Notes: generated by a model not told the origin, from the letters alone. Shown: positions 25,457-39,040, numbered from the whole stretch's first letter. The stretch: 63,246 bases of DNA, filler included, from Choristocarpus tenellus KU-1152 (GCA_964200185.2; 15 parts of 15 records of this genome joined end to end with filler, not necessarily neighbours in it), one strand, 5' to 3'. Made by a program: numbers and translations.

Positions 25457-28400
25457 CGAATGTACTTTATAGACCCGTGTGTATGTATGTTGGTATCGTT
25501 GTGGAAGTAGTAAGGAAAAAGCTCTGTCATTGATTTGTCTCACAATAATTGTTTTGATTTTTGATGAAGTGAATTAATGGTATGGTTGAATGAAGTTCAG
25601 TGAAACGGAGTATAGAAACAACCTTTAGCATTAGTATGTCGATTTTTGATGCACATTGGTGAGTATGGTATAGAGGGAGGTTTGCAGTAAAGAATACCTC
25701 TCATTACTGTATGGGGTGACTGAATGGTGGCAGTCATTGATTGTGCAGTGAAACATACTACTGAAACGAGTTTTGGATTGATACATGTTCAACGTTTTCG
25801 TCGTACAGGGCGTGTGGGTGTTGTTATTAGTGTTAGTATCAGGGTCAGGGATAATGTAAGTGTGAACTAGGGGTAGCCTCGAATTTATGAAAGGATTATC
25901 GGATAGAACGTTTCAGGATTCTGCTTTTCTGAGTATTATTGACATGAAATTTAGGGAAGAGTGATGTATGGTTAGAAGCAAGGCCAAATCCACCCTAGTG
26001 TTAGAAACCAGCGCTAAGTGTAAGACCTTAGAGCGATTTACACGAGGGTAATAAAAAATGTTTTTTTAAATATATAGGCTACTCATCTGTTTTTCCTTGA
26101 TACAATACAGTTCCACCAGTCAACACTGACTGTTGGTTGGTCTGCTAACTCACTGGTCGTTACTGTCGCCAGTTCATCACCACATCAATTACTGTCGGAA
26201 CACCGCAGTACAGAACAGTTGCCCTGCATCATACACACAGGAGTAGTATGCGTCACTCGAGTTGCATCATATATTGACTCAAGTATGTTCTGTTGTTCTC
26301 TTGTTTGTTCTTTTGCTTCCTCTCTCTTTCTTCTTCTTATAAGCAGAAGATGACAGTTGTACGTTAATTGTTGATTATTATTTCCTTCTTGGTTATCATT
26401 GATCCCTCATTATGCACCACGTCTCTCTACATCAAGTGTACCTGACGCACACCTAGATGTAAAATAATGAGAGTTAAAACCATCCACTGAAACCCTTGCC
26501 AGTCAAGGTAACAAACCTCTCCACAGAGCATGAATTTCTTTCGTTGAGTATCTCATGAACGAACACTGAATTCACATCACATCATTCTGGATTAAGCAAC
26601 CAAAAATTATGAATTCACATCATATTATTCTTGACTGAGCGATCAATGACCTCAGTTGCAACATAATAAATACATCGGTGATTTGCAGCACAATCACATC
26701 TATTCACAACACAGACTACGCATATCACTCATCGATGCTTTGCAATACCATTATTCCTCATCGTTCGTAGTCTACGCATTTTGCTTACATGTACGATGCA
26801 TTCGACGCAGGTTTCAACAGTTTAGCGATGCCAAACCACCCCAAAACGGGACAGGGTTAGTGTTAACCTTAGCACCTTAGATTAAGGCAAGGTTAGGCTT
26901 ATGGGAAGTGTTCTATACCCCAACGTAATCATGCGATCGTGATTGGACCGTTAGGGGAATGCTCCTTACAGTGAAATTTCTGACAATCGACCCCTTTTGC
27001 ATCATAGTAAAAAATAGCTTTTAAGGCGAATGTTGTGTTCACCTCAAAAACAATTATTATGTTTCTAGGGTTGGTGTATATATGTGATAGAATTGCGCTC
27101 CAACCATGTTGAAGTAGAAGGTGAACCCAAATGAGGAGAGTACGAGCGTTGACAGTTACGAAATGGAGAATCATGAACGGCTGGAAAGGGAAAGGATTGG
27201 AACGTAGGCCTTGTAGAACTGCTTGGAAAAGGTAGTGGAAAAGAGGTTTTTTAAGTGTTGAGAAATGTAAGATTTGGGGTGTCTGAACCTTACCTTCGAC
27301 ACACTTTTTTAGAGATAGGTTTGCAGGACCACCACCTAAAGTAGACGACCTTACTGACAACCCTGTGTAGTCCGTATACACCTCATAGCACTGTGAACGT
27401 GGTAAACCCATAATGTGTAAACTCCACCAATGTCGTAGTCGGAGACTGTGTCCAAGGCACTGTGATCCATCAATCAACAACAAAAAAATACAACCCCCCG
27501 TACTTGAAGACCAAGCAGAATAAAAAATGATCTACCTCAACTCATGGGCATGTTTTGAAGTTGCACTTGTTGCCGCTCTCCCACCAGTGTACAAGTTTGG
27601 GATAAGCCTTAGTGCGTCTATGCCATTGTGGAATATCTGTCGTTCCACACCTCTACCCCCATCAAGCTGAGGAACATGGCCTCTTTTCATGTAAGGCTTT
27701 GACATCCTCCACACGCAGAGTCCTCCTCACTTTTTCGAAGCCACTACTCAATGCATCTAGGATGCCCTTGTGGACGTAACAGTGGTCGTCCTAGACAATA
27801 TTCTTTGCGTCTTTCCCAGCCTTCATCTCCCTAAACCCGTGATCATGTACGACCTATTGGAGGACCTGGGTTTGCCCACGGTGTTGCAGAGTTGTTGATT
27901 CATTGGTTGAGCGAAGGAGCTCAGAGACACAAACTTCCATGAACTCCTCTGTTATGACCATGTCTACGTCCATTTGCGATTTGGGGCATGAAACACCTCC
28001 AGATGCAGAATCGTCTCCATCCTCGTCCTGTATTTCGTTGCCCACACCTTTAGTAAAAGGTGCCACTCCCCGATCCGTCCTCTTCTCTACCCCATGTCTG
28101 TGCCCGTGTCTCTATTTTGACGAACAGAGGCAAACCTATTCGTGAGAAACGCCAATGGGGATCCTTCACGTCCATTCTTTCCACGAACGACTTCACTTGG
28201 TACGGCCTCAAGAAAGTTGGTCTGTAGGTAATCGTCCTGGTGAAAAAAATGCATTTTCAACCTACCTCCTCCCACTCAAAAAGGACAATATGAGGGTGTT
28301 GTTCATGGCCTATGTGGGGGCAAGGGTCTTCCTTGATCAGACCTTCCAATACGTGGAGTATGTTGGTGGTTGGAGCTGCGGTACCCAAGGGACCAGGGAG

Positions 28401-29272
28401 GGTGTGTGTCTTGCGCTCCGTGCGTTGCTGTGTTTGTATCTGTGTCTTAGACTATCTTTATGCAAAAGAGAGCTACTCAAGTAGAGTATTTGCTTTGTGT
28501 GGTATGGATATTTTTTCTAGCGGAGTGAGCACTATCCTCAAGGTGGGGGGTGGTGCTCTCCCTTGTTATCTAACTCATTCGTCATCAAACACGTCAGAGA
28601 TATGTTTAAACATGTTTGTGACAGTTACACTACGTCAGTCACTTATAAGTTCAAGTTAAACTACGTCAGTCGCNNNNNNNNNNNNNNNNNNNNNNNNNNN
28701 NNNNNNNNNNNNNNNNNTTAATTAATTAANNNNNNNNNNNNNNNNNNNNNNNNNNNNNNNNNNNNNNNNNNNNTACAGATTTTTTTTTTTTTAATGTTGG
28801 CTGTGCTCCCCGCACCCCCCCCCCCCCCCCTGCCCTTCCCCAAACCGTGAAAACGTCACTAGGCATGCTCTCAATCATGTATGAGTGTTGTAGAGAGAAA
28901 CCCTTGTATATTTTGGTGCGTTTGTCTATGTGACATGGTTGACTGGGGTCCATGTAAATGTACCTGTGTTGCAAGAGTACACTGTTGCTGTGAACAGGAT
29001 GAATGAAGCCATTGAAGATAACCACCTTGAAACGTATACAACATTAATTTTTTATTTGGCTCCTTCTTTCAGTCTTTCTTATGGTTAGGGTTAGGGTTAG
29101 GGTGGAGTTGTGTGGACTTTGGTATCTTGTGCCTGTATTTCATTGCCAAGGTACTCTCACGAGAGGGATGGCTAGGGCCTGAAATCGGAGTGAGGGGGGA
29201 GGTATACGTGTGTGTGTATCTCTCTCTATATATTCTTATATATATAGGTTTTTTTTAATGATAATATTTATG

Positions 29273-29636
29273 GAGTCAAAGTATCTTAGAGGGTAGGGCC
29301 GCGTCCATTTGGGTGCCAAAATCCAATGTTGTGATTTTGATGTAATTTGGCTATCGTGTTTGTTAGGGAGTGTCAGTATCCTTGTTCTGGGCACACCTTT
29401 TCTTAATGTACTCATTTTACCTACTCCTAAACATGTTGGAGTAGGAAAATGTCACAATATCGTGTTTGTTAGGGAGTGTCAGTATCCTTGTTCTGGACAC
29501 ACCTTTTCTTAATGTACTCATTTTACCTACTCCTAAACATGTTGGAGTAGGAAAATGTCACAATAAAACCCATCGGAAGCCAAGCTCCAAATGGACAAAC
29601 AGGGCAAAACTCGTACCCTCTAAGATACTTTCGCTC
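29273..29636 (+). mobile_element. MITE family A with 106-bp internal tandem duplication
   Basis: Both TIRs are present; 29352-29457 is repeated at 29458-29563 with one mismatch. Confidence 0.92.
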
Positions 29637-29699
29637 AAGACACAAAAGGAAATATAAGGTATGAAAAAGATGAAACAACATGGGCAAAGCGAAAAAAAA

Positions 29700-30845
29700 A
29701 GACACACGACAGAATCCGCATCTCTTGAACAGCCGCCACCGTTTCCGATCGACACACGGGCGGACTGATAACGGCCATGGAACTGTAATAGTCTCCCGCA
29801 ATACACCCCGTATTTCAGCGCTGGTGAACTCTGCAATTCCTCGTGTAGGCGGTGTGATTGCACGGCCCACGGGTGGGGCACAAATAGCGCGATGGTGCCC
29901 TGAGGGTGTATTTTCACCTGCAAGCACTTCATCACCTGGTGCAAGTGGGTGTTGGTCACCTCTTCGTCGTTGAGGAGTCTTGACTTGGCGACGATGGACA
30001 CTATGGCAAGCTTTGGCACGCTGTGGAAGGCGAGCTCTTTCAGGCCGTCTAAGTGTAGCGTCGGGTTGAGAGGGCAAAGGTCGTGTAGTGCAGTGTTCTC
30101 AGCCCTGGTTGGACATCATGACACATGACACAGTCACAATGACAGCACGACGAAAAGGACAGCATTGTAAACAACGGTGCAGGCAATTGTATCAATAAGT
30201 GAGGACCTGATAATATTTTCCCGGCATCCCTAAAATGTTAAGCCGTACCCTCCACAACGCTAGACCCATCAGATACATCTCGTGGAAGGAGGGGAGACGT
30301 CAAACAGGTAAGTTCCATAGCCCATGGAAACCTCCAAAAAAACACCATACCGAACACACAAAGGACGAGCAATCCACATAATGTACAACCAGCCAAGACC
30401 CACGTGCAAACCAACGCGAAACCGAACACGCAGTGACGACTTGTATGTCCGTATAATGTTCAACCACACGAGACCCACATGCACTTCTCCATGTCCACCA
30501 TTTCGCTGCGTGAGTGGGGATGTAAAAGGCTTTGCCTGCTGTTTTTTCCGCGCTCCTTGCGTTACGTTTACCCTTACCCTTGCCCCTGTCCCGACCCGCC
30601 GCTGCGTTCCCCATTGGTCCAGTCCCTTCACTACCCTCCTGTGCCACGGGACAATTGATGCACAATCGATCCTTGTGCCTCTCGTCGCCCACAATCTCCA
30701 CGTGGCACATTTGCCCATGTGCGTGATGGAGCACTTTGGGCAGGAATACCTGCCGCGCATGGCATCGAACGAGAGCGTCAAACAGACAGAACAGCATTTT
30801 TCCAAATGATTAATTGGGCGCAACAACGCAACGCGGGGATCCATG
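29700..30845 (-). CDS. Possible spliced coding region with Cys/His cluster (unknown protein, maybe transposon cargo)
   Basis: MDPRVALLRP..CCSVC..YSCPKCSITHMGKC from 30845, and an open stretch ..LHLDGLKELAFHSVPKLAIVSIVAKSRLLNDEEV.. (~29700-30104). CpG-rich relative to neighbouring contigs. Exon structure not resolved. Confidence 0.35.
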
Positions 30846-31189
30846 GCTACGAATGACAACGAAATTGGCGGCATAAAACAATACGAAGTACAGGTGAGAT
30901 ACAACAGTCGGTTGCGACATGCACTAACACACTCGAGCTGTGGCAAACAAAGAGACCTGGGGGTAGCGACCGCAGCGCCACACACAAAGGGACCCCACGA
31001 CATCCACCGGTGTGGTGGCGTGCATTGCTAAGGTAAGACAACTTAGTTAAGAAAGAGCTGCTGGTGGTATGCGTGGAAGGGAAGGAATGGAAATGAGGAG
31101 TGAGGGCTGGGAGGTGCTGCTTTATTTCATCTGGTCGGTTGGTGTCCAAAGAACTCAGATTTCTATTTCCGTTGATAATTGTGTTTCAA

Positions 31190-32045
31190 AAAATATGAAT
31201 ATCGAACAGTATACGATTTCATATTTAAGACAGATAGAGAGTATCGCTTTTTTGTGACCTTTTAGTTTCGGAATATTTGAAACGTATGAGATCAATTAAG
31301 TATGTGGCTTGTATGTTAAAAAATTGAAATTACGAATATAATCGAATTTTTAATTTCTAAAAACCACAATGCACGTATTTTCCGGTTAATGGGTTTCGGT
31401 TGGTCCGACGGATCGCCCGAAACTCAAAGTTCGCTTTTCGTCGACATTTATATATTTAAAAATACAATGTCGAACAATATAGGATTTTGTATTTAAAAAA
31501 TTAGAGGGTACCAGTTTTTTGTGACCTTTTAGTTTCGGCACATTTGAAACGTACAAGATCGATTAAGTATGTGCTTTGTATTTTTAAAATTGAAAATACG
31601 GATATAATCGAATTTATAATTTCTAAAAATCATAATGCACGTATTTTCCGGATCATGGATTTCAGGGTGGTCTGACGGATCACCCAAAACTCAAACATCG
31701 TTCATACGCCCGGCTTTGAATTCAATTCTATCGTGCCCAAGACCAAATGTTGCCTGAAACCAGAGTAGAATCTAGTTTTTATTACATCCAGCGAGAATAA
31801 ACGCATTTTCGAGAACACGGATTTAATTTTGGTCCGACGGGTCTCTTCAAACTCAAATATCGTACGCCCGGCTTCGAATTCAATTCTATCGTGCCCAAGA
31901 CCGACTGTTACCTGAAACCAGGTTAGAATCTAGTTTTTATTTCATCACAGCGAGAATAAACGCGTTTTCCAGAACACAGATTTCATTTTGGTCCGACGGG
32001 TCTATTCAAACTCAAACATCATACGCCCGGCTTCGAATTCAATTC
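31190..32045 (+). repeat. Compound tandem repeat: 2 x ~268 bp then ~2.2 x ~158 bp, sharing a GGTCYGACGG-N8-AAACTCAAA motif
   Basis: Unit 1 at ~31190 and ~31460; unit 2 at ~31705, ~31863 and ~32022 (partial). Motif at ~31402, 31669, 31831 and 31990. Confidence 0.88.
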
Positions 32046-32839
32046 ACTCCTAGACCTTCTAACTGCCCAAGACCGCCTGTTGCCCGAAAAAACCATGACA
32101 GTTGCTCCCACAGCAAGGGGGTGGCTTTTGTCGACAGGCCACCCCCTGTGTTGCCCCCTCATCATCCCCTTCCAACAATGATGCGCTGGGGCTTTCTACC
32201 AATGACGCTTCAGCGACTGGCGCCAAGCTTCGCCGAGAAAGGGCTAAACCCATCCCGGTCAATGAACAGGGTGACTGCTGCAAGCGCTTAGCCTGTGTGA
32301 AGAAGTTCGCGGCAGATAGCGAGTCCTTCCTTGCCTGCACGTTGGCCAAAGAGCAGGACATCATCCGGNNNNNNNNNNNNNNNNNNNNNNNNNNNNNNNN
32401 NNNNNNNNNNNNTTAATTAATTAANNNNNNNNNNNNNNNNNNNNNNNNNNNNNNNNNNNNNNNNNNNNCGTGTAGCCCCCCCCCCCCCCTCAGATACTTT
32501 GGGTCTTTTTAGAAGAAATAATCTAATGCATGTTGAAAGAAGGGCAGTGACTGCGAAGCTTCTTCAAAGAAGCAAATATTGATGGGTAAATGTTGGCATC
32601 AACCGAGTTGCTGAGATGATTGAGAGTATACTCTAACGATCTCATTTTTTTTTTTTGAAGGTCTGCAAGACCCAGAAAGATGTTGATATTACGGACAACG
32701 ATATTTTTCAGAAGGGAGATTCTGGATGTAAAGGGACCAACGTAGATAACCTTCCAGATGCCCTCAAATGATTCCCATAAAAACCATTCGATACAGGGCA
32801 ATCTGTCGGCTCCGCTAAATATCCTGAGGTTCAATTTGC

Positions 32840-32945
32840 GTGACAATGTGGAGAAGCTTGGTTTAAGTGTGTGCTCGACCTATCTTAAGCCTTTTCTTAT
32901 TGATGAGTGCAATCTACAAAGGCTGAGGTGTATAACTAGGGACTT
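32840..32945 (+). mobile_element. Possible mariner-like transposase remnant
   Basis: STYLKPFLIDECNLQRLRCI resembles the KP-x-LT-xx-NK-xx-RL motif upstream of the DDD domain. Confidence 0.35.
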
Positions 32946-33234
32946 GGAGGCTCGAATAGATTATTCTGTTCGTAGATAGTGCTGCTGATACACTATAGAC
33001 ACCACTGGTGGATTATGTGATAGGGTAGAGAGCCAGTGACAGATATATTATATGTACTGACTCATAGTGTTGATTGGTTATATCATGTTCAAGATACACT
33101 TCCTATACTTCAGATAAGTGAATAAGTAATTCATAGTAAATTAGTGTGTACGATTGCAAACCCCACACTATAGAGTAATGATGGTAGTTAAGGCTAGAGT
33201 CTCACCCACGAGCTCAGTCAGCGGAATCGAGACC

Positions 33235-33930
33235 ACAAAGGCCCTTGAAATACTAACATTGTTCATCTACATCAAGCTGTTCTTTGTCCTTCATTAAAGC
33301 ACCATAAAAGCCGCGGGTCCAGTGTGGGATAGTTCAACATATTCCACCATTTCGAAGATTTCGTTATTATGTTGATGAGAAGACATTTTTTCATCCGTAT
33401 GTATGGAGGGTCAGAGGTGCAAACTCTATAATTGCGATGGTAAAGAGCGTCCGTAAGATGCACCCGAAGGACCGATGTGCATAGTGACCCAACTAAACCA
33501 TAAGTTGCGCGGAGGAGGTGCATTTTACTTTTCAGTATCTTGGTGTGAAATGCTGAGTAAACACTCAAATATGCGTAAGGTATGTATGTGTGAGTGGGAA
33601 AACCCACCGAAAATGGTCGGTAGGTCATCACAACGTATCGTCGGCACAGATGGTTCAGCCAGGATGTAAAATCCTCCGGTTTGAAGATGTCTGTGATAAG
33701 GTGAGATGATTTCCCTTTTTACTTTGTCGTTCCCCTGACATTTTTCAAGAGGTTCCGTGTGCCGTTCGAAGGCACAGTCGAGGTGTCGGAGAAGATTGGG
33801 TGTGGACTTGGATGTGCCCCTTTGAATTTAGGTAAAATTCCACGGGTTGTGTTTGACGGAGAGGAATCAGATTGCAGTCGAGTTCTTCCTGAACCTTGTG
33901 AAAACATGAGGAGCATCGTCCCTAGCTTCA
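33235..33930 (-). mobile_element. Degenerate piggyBac-like transposase remnant
   Basis: Fragments in shifting frames: PKFKGAHPSP, VLRVHLTD..DPPY and EQLDVDEQC*YFKG (compare the piggyBac I/VDEQMIPFKG motif). 33277-33339 is repeated identically at 16047-16109. Confidence 0.45.
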
Positions 33931-34989
33931 TCTAATGAGTTCATAATTCCCTCTACTTGGGACTAGGGATTTATCTCGTATGTCCCTCTTCTGTCTATAT
34001 GGTGGAAAATGCGAATGAGAGCGACTAATTTGAATGTTTGTTGTATGTGATAAAATACATACTGGGTTTCTTTTTTTGGATCTTTGTGAAACACATGGAA
34101 ACAAGCCGACAGGTTCTTCGTAATGAAGGGGAGCGGGAAGACCCACAGGAGGCAAGGAAAAGAAGAGAGACAAGTCAAGAGGGAGAGTTATCCCTCAGAA
34201 GATCACTTGGGAAAGGAGTGAACAAGTGGTAATTGAATGAGGGTTTTTTGCAAGGTCCCATCAAACCGCCCGCTCTTACTTCAAGCAGATGTTACCTTTA
34301 ACATTCAAGAACAAATGTCATATGAATATCAGATTCTTCAAGATAGGTTACCCTCAGGGTATACCTTCTTTGGAAGATGGCTCGCACACATAAAAATCGT
34401 GGATATTATGATGCGCGGTCATAAACATTTGCACGCGCCAACCACATCATTGGAACTCGCCCATACCAACCAGTTCATAAACCCAAACTCACCCATAAGA
34501 TCCGGATTTGACCAAACAGGCAAAAGGACCGTCAGAATGAAGATCCATTCCGATTCTGACCGATCCATTTCTCTGCTGTGACCATGTTCATTCATTCTAG
34601 GACATCTGTTGTTCATTCAGGTTCTTGTTCTGTTCTGGATTTCCTTAAATGACCTTGAGATATTGGACCAAGACCTGTGAAACTCGGTTCTGCCCTCTAA
34701 AGTGGAAGAGGTCAGTCTGGTGATTGTGATTACCCCCTTGTGCAGGGAGTATTGGCGCCTTGACACTTCTACACTACAATCGTTATTTTTACAAGGATTC
34801 TTACGATAGTGGTTTGACTTTTCCTGGACACATCGACAACATTTCTGAGTGTGTAATATATAAAATATGAGGGGATGATTGCAGTAATTTCTGAGGTGAA
34901 TGCATTAACGGAGATTCTCCAAATTCTGATACAGTAAGATTTACCCAAAATATGTATCTACAGTAGTACAAGGGAGAGAAAGTTCTTTG

Positions 34990-36108
34990 CTAGCACTGGT
35001 CCACCACTGGAACCAGTGTGGAAAAAAATCATATGCACAGGCCTCCATACAAGCCCGAACTAGCACGCCAGATCCCTCCCATAGAGTTTAGACTCACTGC
35101 CAGCAGATCCCTAGGGAGGGAGGAGACCCTATCCAATAGGTACCCTGGACTGAGTGCAGGAGGCATAATGTTGACACCCGACATGCTTGTACCTGGCCTA
35201 GGTAGGGTAGGGGGACAGGTACGCCAGCACATACCAATGATCTAGAGTCTAGGTCAACTCTGCAAGGGAATGGGCATCCTTTGCACTATGTATGGAGGAC
35301 GGTAGCCCATTCATTCACAGTGGACAGGAATTTCCGCATGGACGTGGACTTCCATGCTGGGGCACTTGCGGATGCCAGATCAGCTCTCTTCCTGGATGTT
35401 ACATTTCCAGAAGTGCAAGCAGCCTCCCATCTGCCCCACTCATCAACCAGCAATGGTGTAGCTGCTGCCGCAGCCAAGAAGGCGTGAAAGCGCACCCACT
35501 ATGAGGGTTTTTTTCACCCTCATAGTTTTAACCTCAACAATTTCGCAGTGGAAAGTTTTGGGCGGCTTGGTAAGCAAGCAGATAGTTTTCTGGATGAGTC
35601 GGCTACACACGCGTTAGGGGGGAGAGAGGTGGGAGGTTGCAGCAAGAAATATGCTGTCAAATCCCGTTTACCACATATAGTGTCTGTCACTACACAAGTG
35701 GCTCTATCAAGAAGTGTCATGCGTTTTAACCTAGAGACATCAGGGAGACGGGCAAGGAGGGGCCTGTCAGGTTCTTGGGACACTTCCCTAGCTCCTCGCC
35801 CTGTGGTGTAGGACTATGGTAGGTTGGAGGCATAGCAGCAGTGCACATATCACATAGTACTTAAAAACTTTCATGGGAGTGTTGTAGTATAGCCGGTACT
35901 CAAATAGTAATAGATTTTTTTAGAGAGATTTTTTTCACATTTACGACAACTACTGTTAATTTTACAGAGATCCTTATGATATTGGTTTGACTTTTTCCCT
36001 GAACAGGGGATTTCAAAAATTGAGGATGGAGCTTTTCATCCTCAATTTTTGAAATCCCCTGTTGTTCCTGACACATCTGCAAAATGACAGAGGGCATAAT
36101 AATATTAT
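34990..36108 (+). mobile_element. CRE-clade (RLE-type) non-LTR retrotransposon, 3' part, degenerate
   Basis: FTVDRNFRMDVDF..LFLDVTF..AAAAAKK..FAVESFGRLGKQADSFLDE; conserved 3' end gacacatctgcaaaatgacagagggcataataata. Confidence 0.8.
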
Positions 36109-37045
36109 ATTTAGTATGTTATGGGCCTCGTTCTGTGTGATGGGGGGTGATGAGAACCACCAGAGATGAGGCAGAAAGAAAGCGAGAGATAAAAAAAAGA
36201 CAGGCATGCTATGCTTACGTTGACAGCCTCAGAGTTTCATGCGGATCAATCTCCAGCGTGATCGGTTGCGACCAGTCAGAACGGAAAACACAATCTCGGC
36301 TTTGCTGGTTTGAATTCACCGTTCATGACGGGGTTACCGTGAACTGGTCACGTGTCTGACCCACAACACATCACGCGGGTTGTCCTTATGGACAAAGAGT
36401 GGCGCGCGCAAATGAATTTGGGAAAATCACGGTTTGGTACATTAATTCTAAATATATAGGGTTCCTACAAAATTCAAGGGTACAGTACCTACACCTATTT
36501 TATACCAAATATTATATACCATGCCCATTTGTACCGCTTTTTTCAACATACACCAAAAAATAGGCTTTTGTACCGGAATTCTCGTATTCGGGCGATTTGG
36601 TACAGAATCGGGGACACATTCACGCGAGTTTGGCGCGCGCGTTTAAAAAATTCTCGCGAAAAGTGCCTTTCTTCCTGAGTCATGACCACCCAGCAGTACA
36701 GTACGTTGCTGGTAGGGGAAGAAAGTGGAAGCCATGCCTGTGCCGCGGGAAACCTCTGTAAGATGCCTTCAAATACACCNNNNNNNNNNNNNNNNNNNNN
36801 NNNNNNNNNNNNNNNNNNNNNNNTTAATTAATTAANNNNNNNNNNNNNNNNNNNNNNNNNNNNNNNNNNNNNNNNNNNNCTGAATGGACACCCTGGTGTA
36901 GATCCCGGTGGTCCCCGCATCCACACAGAGACAAAATTGACGTTCTCCGATGCACAGAGATATTTCTCAGTAAGAGCAATGGGCACATAAATTCCAGCCT
37001 TCAGTATCCCAGTTTACAGAATGATATTTACCTACCTACCCTCAG

Positions 37046-38658
37046 GTTAATGAACTGCTCGATAGCTTGGGGGCAATGGATAGTGAGCCCTCTCCCAAGG
37101 TGGTGGTCATTGAGGGTGCCCCTGGAACAGGCAAGGTAAGATGGTGGAAAGGAATATTGCAGCCATGACATGTCGCTTGAGGCTAACACATCACAATGTC
37201 ATCTGGCTAACACCTCAGAGAGCTGAATGAGGCAGTCATTCACCTACGTAAGCAAAAGCTGAAACAATCCGGAGCAAAAACGCTGACTCCCCACAAACTC
37301 AAGGCTGATGTCAAGCTATACTTAGATTTGCTGCTGGTGCTACTACTGATGCTTTGAAGTACATTATTGACAGAGTTAGGGCCTTTCAGTTGTCTGCTAT
37401 AGCCCTAACACTTGACAGATGTTGGCGACGAACATTGCCCACACTTGACACACAAAAGGGGTATAGAAACATATTCGCAAAAGGGGTATAAAAAGGTATA
37501 ATGGAAGTGGAACATGATAGGAGTGGAATAAAGGTTAGAATAGGAGTGGTATAAAACGTACAATGCAGAGCGTTGAGCATTCATTGGCAGATTCTTTTCT
37601 TGCAAGCAACAAATGTACAACTACAGTTACACGATCCTGTGCTCAACCCTTGGAATTATATACAATTATATACAATTATATACATATATATATATACATA
37701 TATATATATATATCTGTTGCTGGGTGTTCATTTCATACCCCTCACGCTGCCACATTTGCTCTGCATTTTCTACTTCCATGCCTCTGCAGTCAATGGTTGC
37801 AGACCGGGTCAAGAAGTCATCCGCTCAATTCTTCAGGCGGAAGGTAACTGATGGAGCACAGAATTACTCTGGGTTGCACGAGATCTATCCTCTGTACTAG
37901 AGCTTCCCATATAAATCTACTTCCAAATCAAGCATGAAGTCTACTGTGCCGACACGACTCTTTGAAGTGCCCTCACTCTCTTGAGCGCCTTGGTTTGTCT
38001 TTCACACTGGGTTGGATTAGAAGACGTTTCTCATAGGCTGAGAGTGTAAGGCATCATACTCAATATCGCACTCCAAGGGCACAGTCAGAGTCAGCTTGTG
38101 GGGTTCACTTGCTGTAGAAAGCGCAGACTAAGAATGAACGAACGAACTCTGATTGTGGGGCACTCTTGAGAGGCGTTATTGTGATAAAACAGAAATACGA
38201 TGTTAAGTCCGAGCCTTCCTCCGGCAAAGGTATTTGTGGAGGTGTGAGTCAAAATATCTGGGAGGGGGCGACGGCTGTCCATTTGGGGCCAATTTTTTTA
38301 TCTTGCTATTTTTGAGTGATTTGGTTGCATACGTCAGATGGACAATGTGAGTGGACGTTTCCTTGTTATGGTCCAAATGGATACCCTGGTGCAGGCCTCC
38401 CCCCTCCCCCCCCAGATATTTTAGGTCGGTTGTATCCACTTTAAATGCATAGCTGCGCTTGACTAGCCCAGGAAAAAAACCCCTTACTCCATCTTGCATG
38501 AACTCAATACGATTTTTTTCTGGTAGGTCTACATGTACAGCATAGTGTCCAACCATTCCAAACAGCCATACTCTGGTTTGAACGGCATGATCACTACAGT
38601 ACTGTGTCTGAATCATCTGGGAGATGACGCCATTGCCATACGAGACTCACTGAGAAAG
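37046..38658 (+). CDS. P-loop NTPase (AAA_16/STAND-like) protein, 3 internal exons
   Basis: Phase-0 exons 37046-37135 (..KVVVIEGAPGTGK), 37790-37843 (SMVADRVKKSSAQFFRRK) and 38527-38658 (..HSKQPYSGLNGMITTVLCL..). Splicing rebuilds a Walker A motif, GAPGTGKS. Confidence 0.72.
38246..38427 (+). mobile_element. MITE family B (~180 bp), full copy, intronic
   Basis: gagtcaaaatatctgggaggggg..gtccattt...aaatgga..cccccagatattttaggtc. Confidence 0.85.
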
Positions 38659-38775
38659 GTGGGAGGAAGGATTGGATTCAGCATCACTTTTTTTTTGCAG
38701 TATCCTGATCCATACCCTGGGCGGTTTATGGTATGTCTACAAGCGAGCATCACACACTACTATCACCGATAACAA

Positions 38776-39040
38776 GAGCCAAAGTATCTTTTAGAGAGTA
38801 GAGCCGCGTCCATTTGGGGGGGCCCAACTCCAATGTTGTGATTTTGATGCAATTTTGGCTATCATGTTTGCTAGGAAGTTCCAATAACCTTGTTCCGGAC
38901 TCACCTCTTCATAATGTACACATTTTACCCTAACCCTAAACATTTTCGAGTAGGTAAAATGTCATAAAAAAAAACATGGGAAGCGAAGCCCCAAATGGAC
39001 AGACAGGGCAAAACTCGTACCCTCTAAGGTACATTCACTT
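38776..39040 (+). mobile_element. MITE family A, full copy
   Basis: TIRs present; ACAA on both flanks; internal CCCTAACCCTAA at 38928-38939 replaces the consensus cctactcctaa. Confidence 0.9.

Noticed and set aside
26929-27483. 184-aa ORF as a gene
   Set aside because: No recognisable motif or convincing splice structure; likely a chance ORF in decayed repeat DNA.
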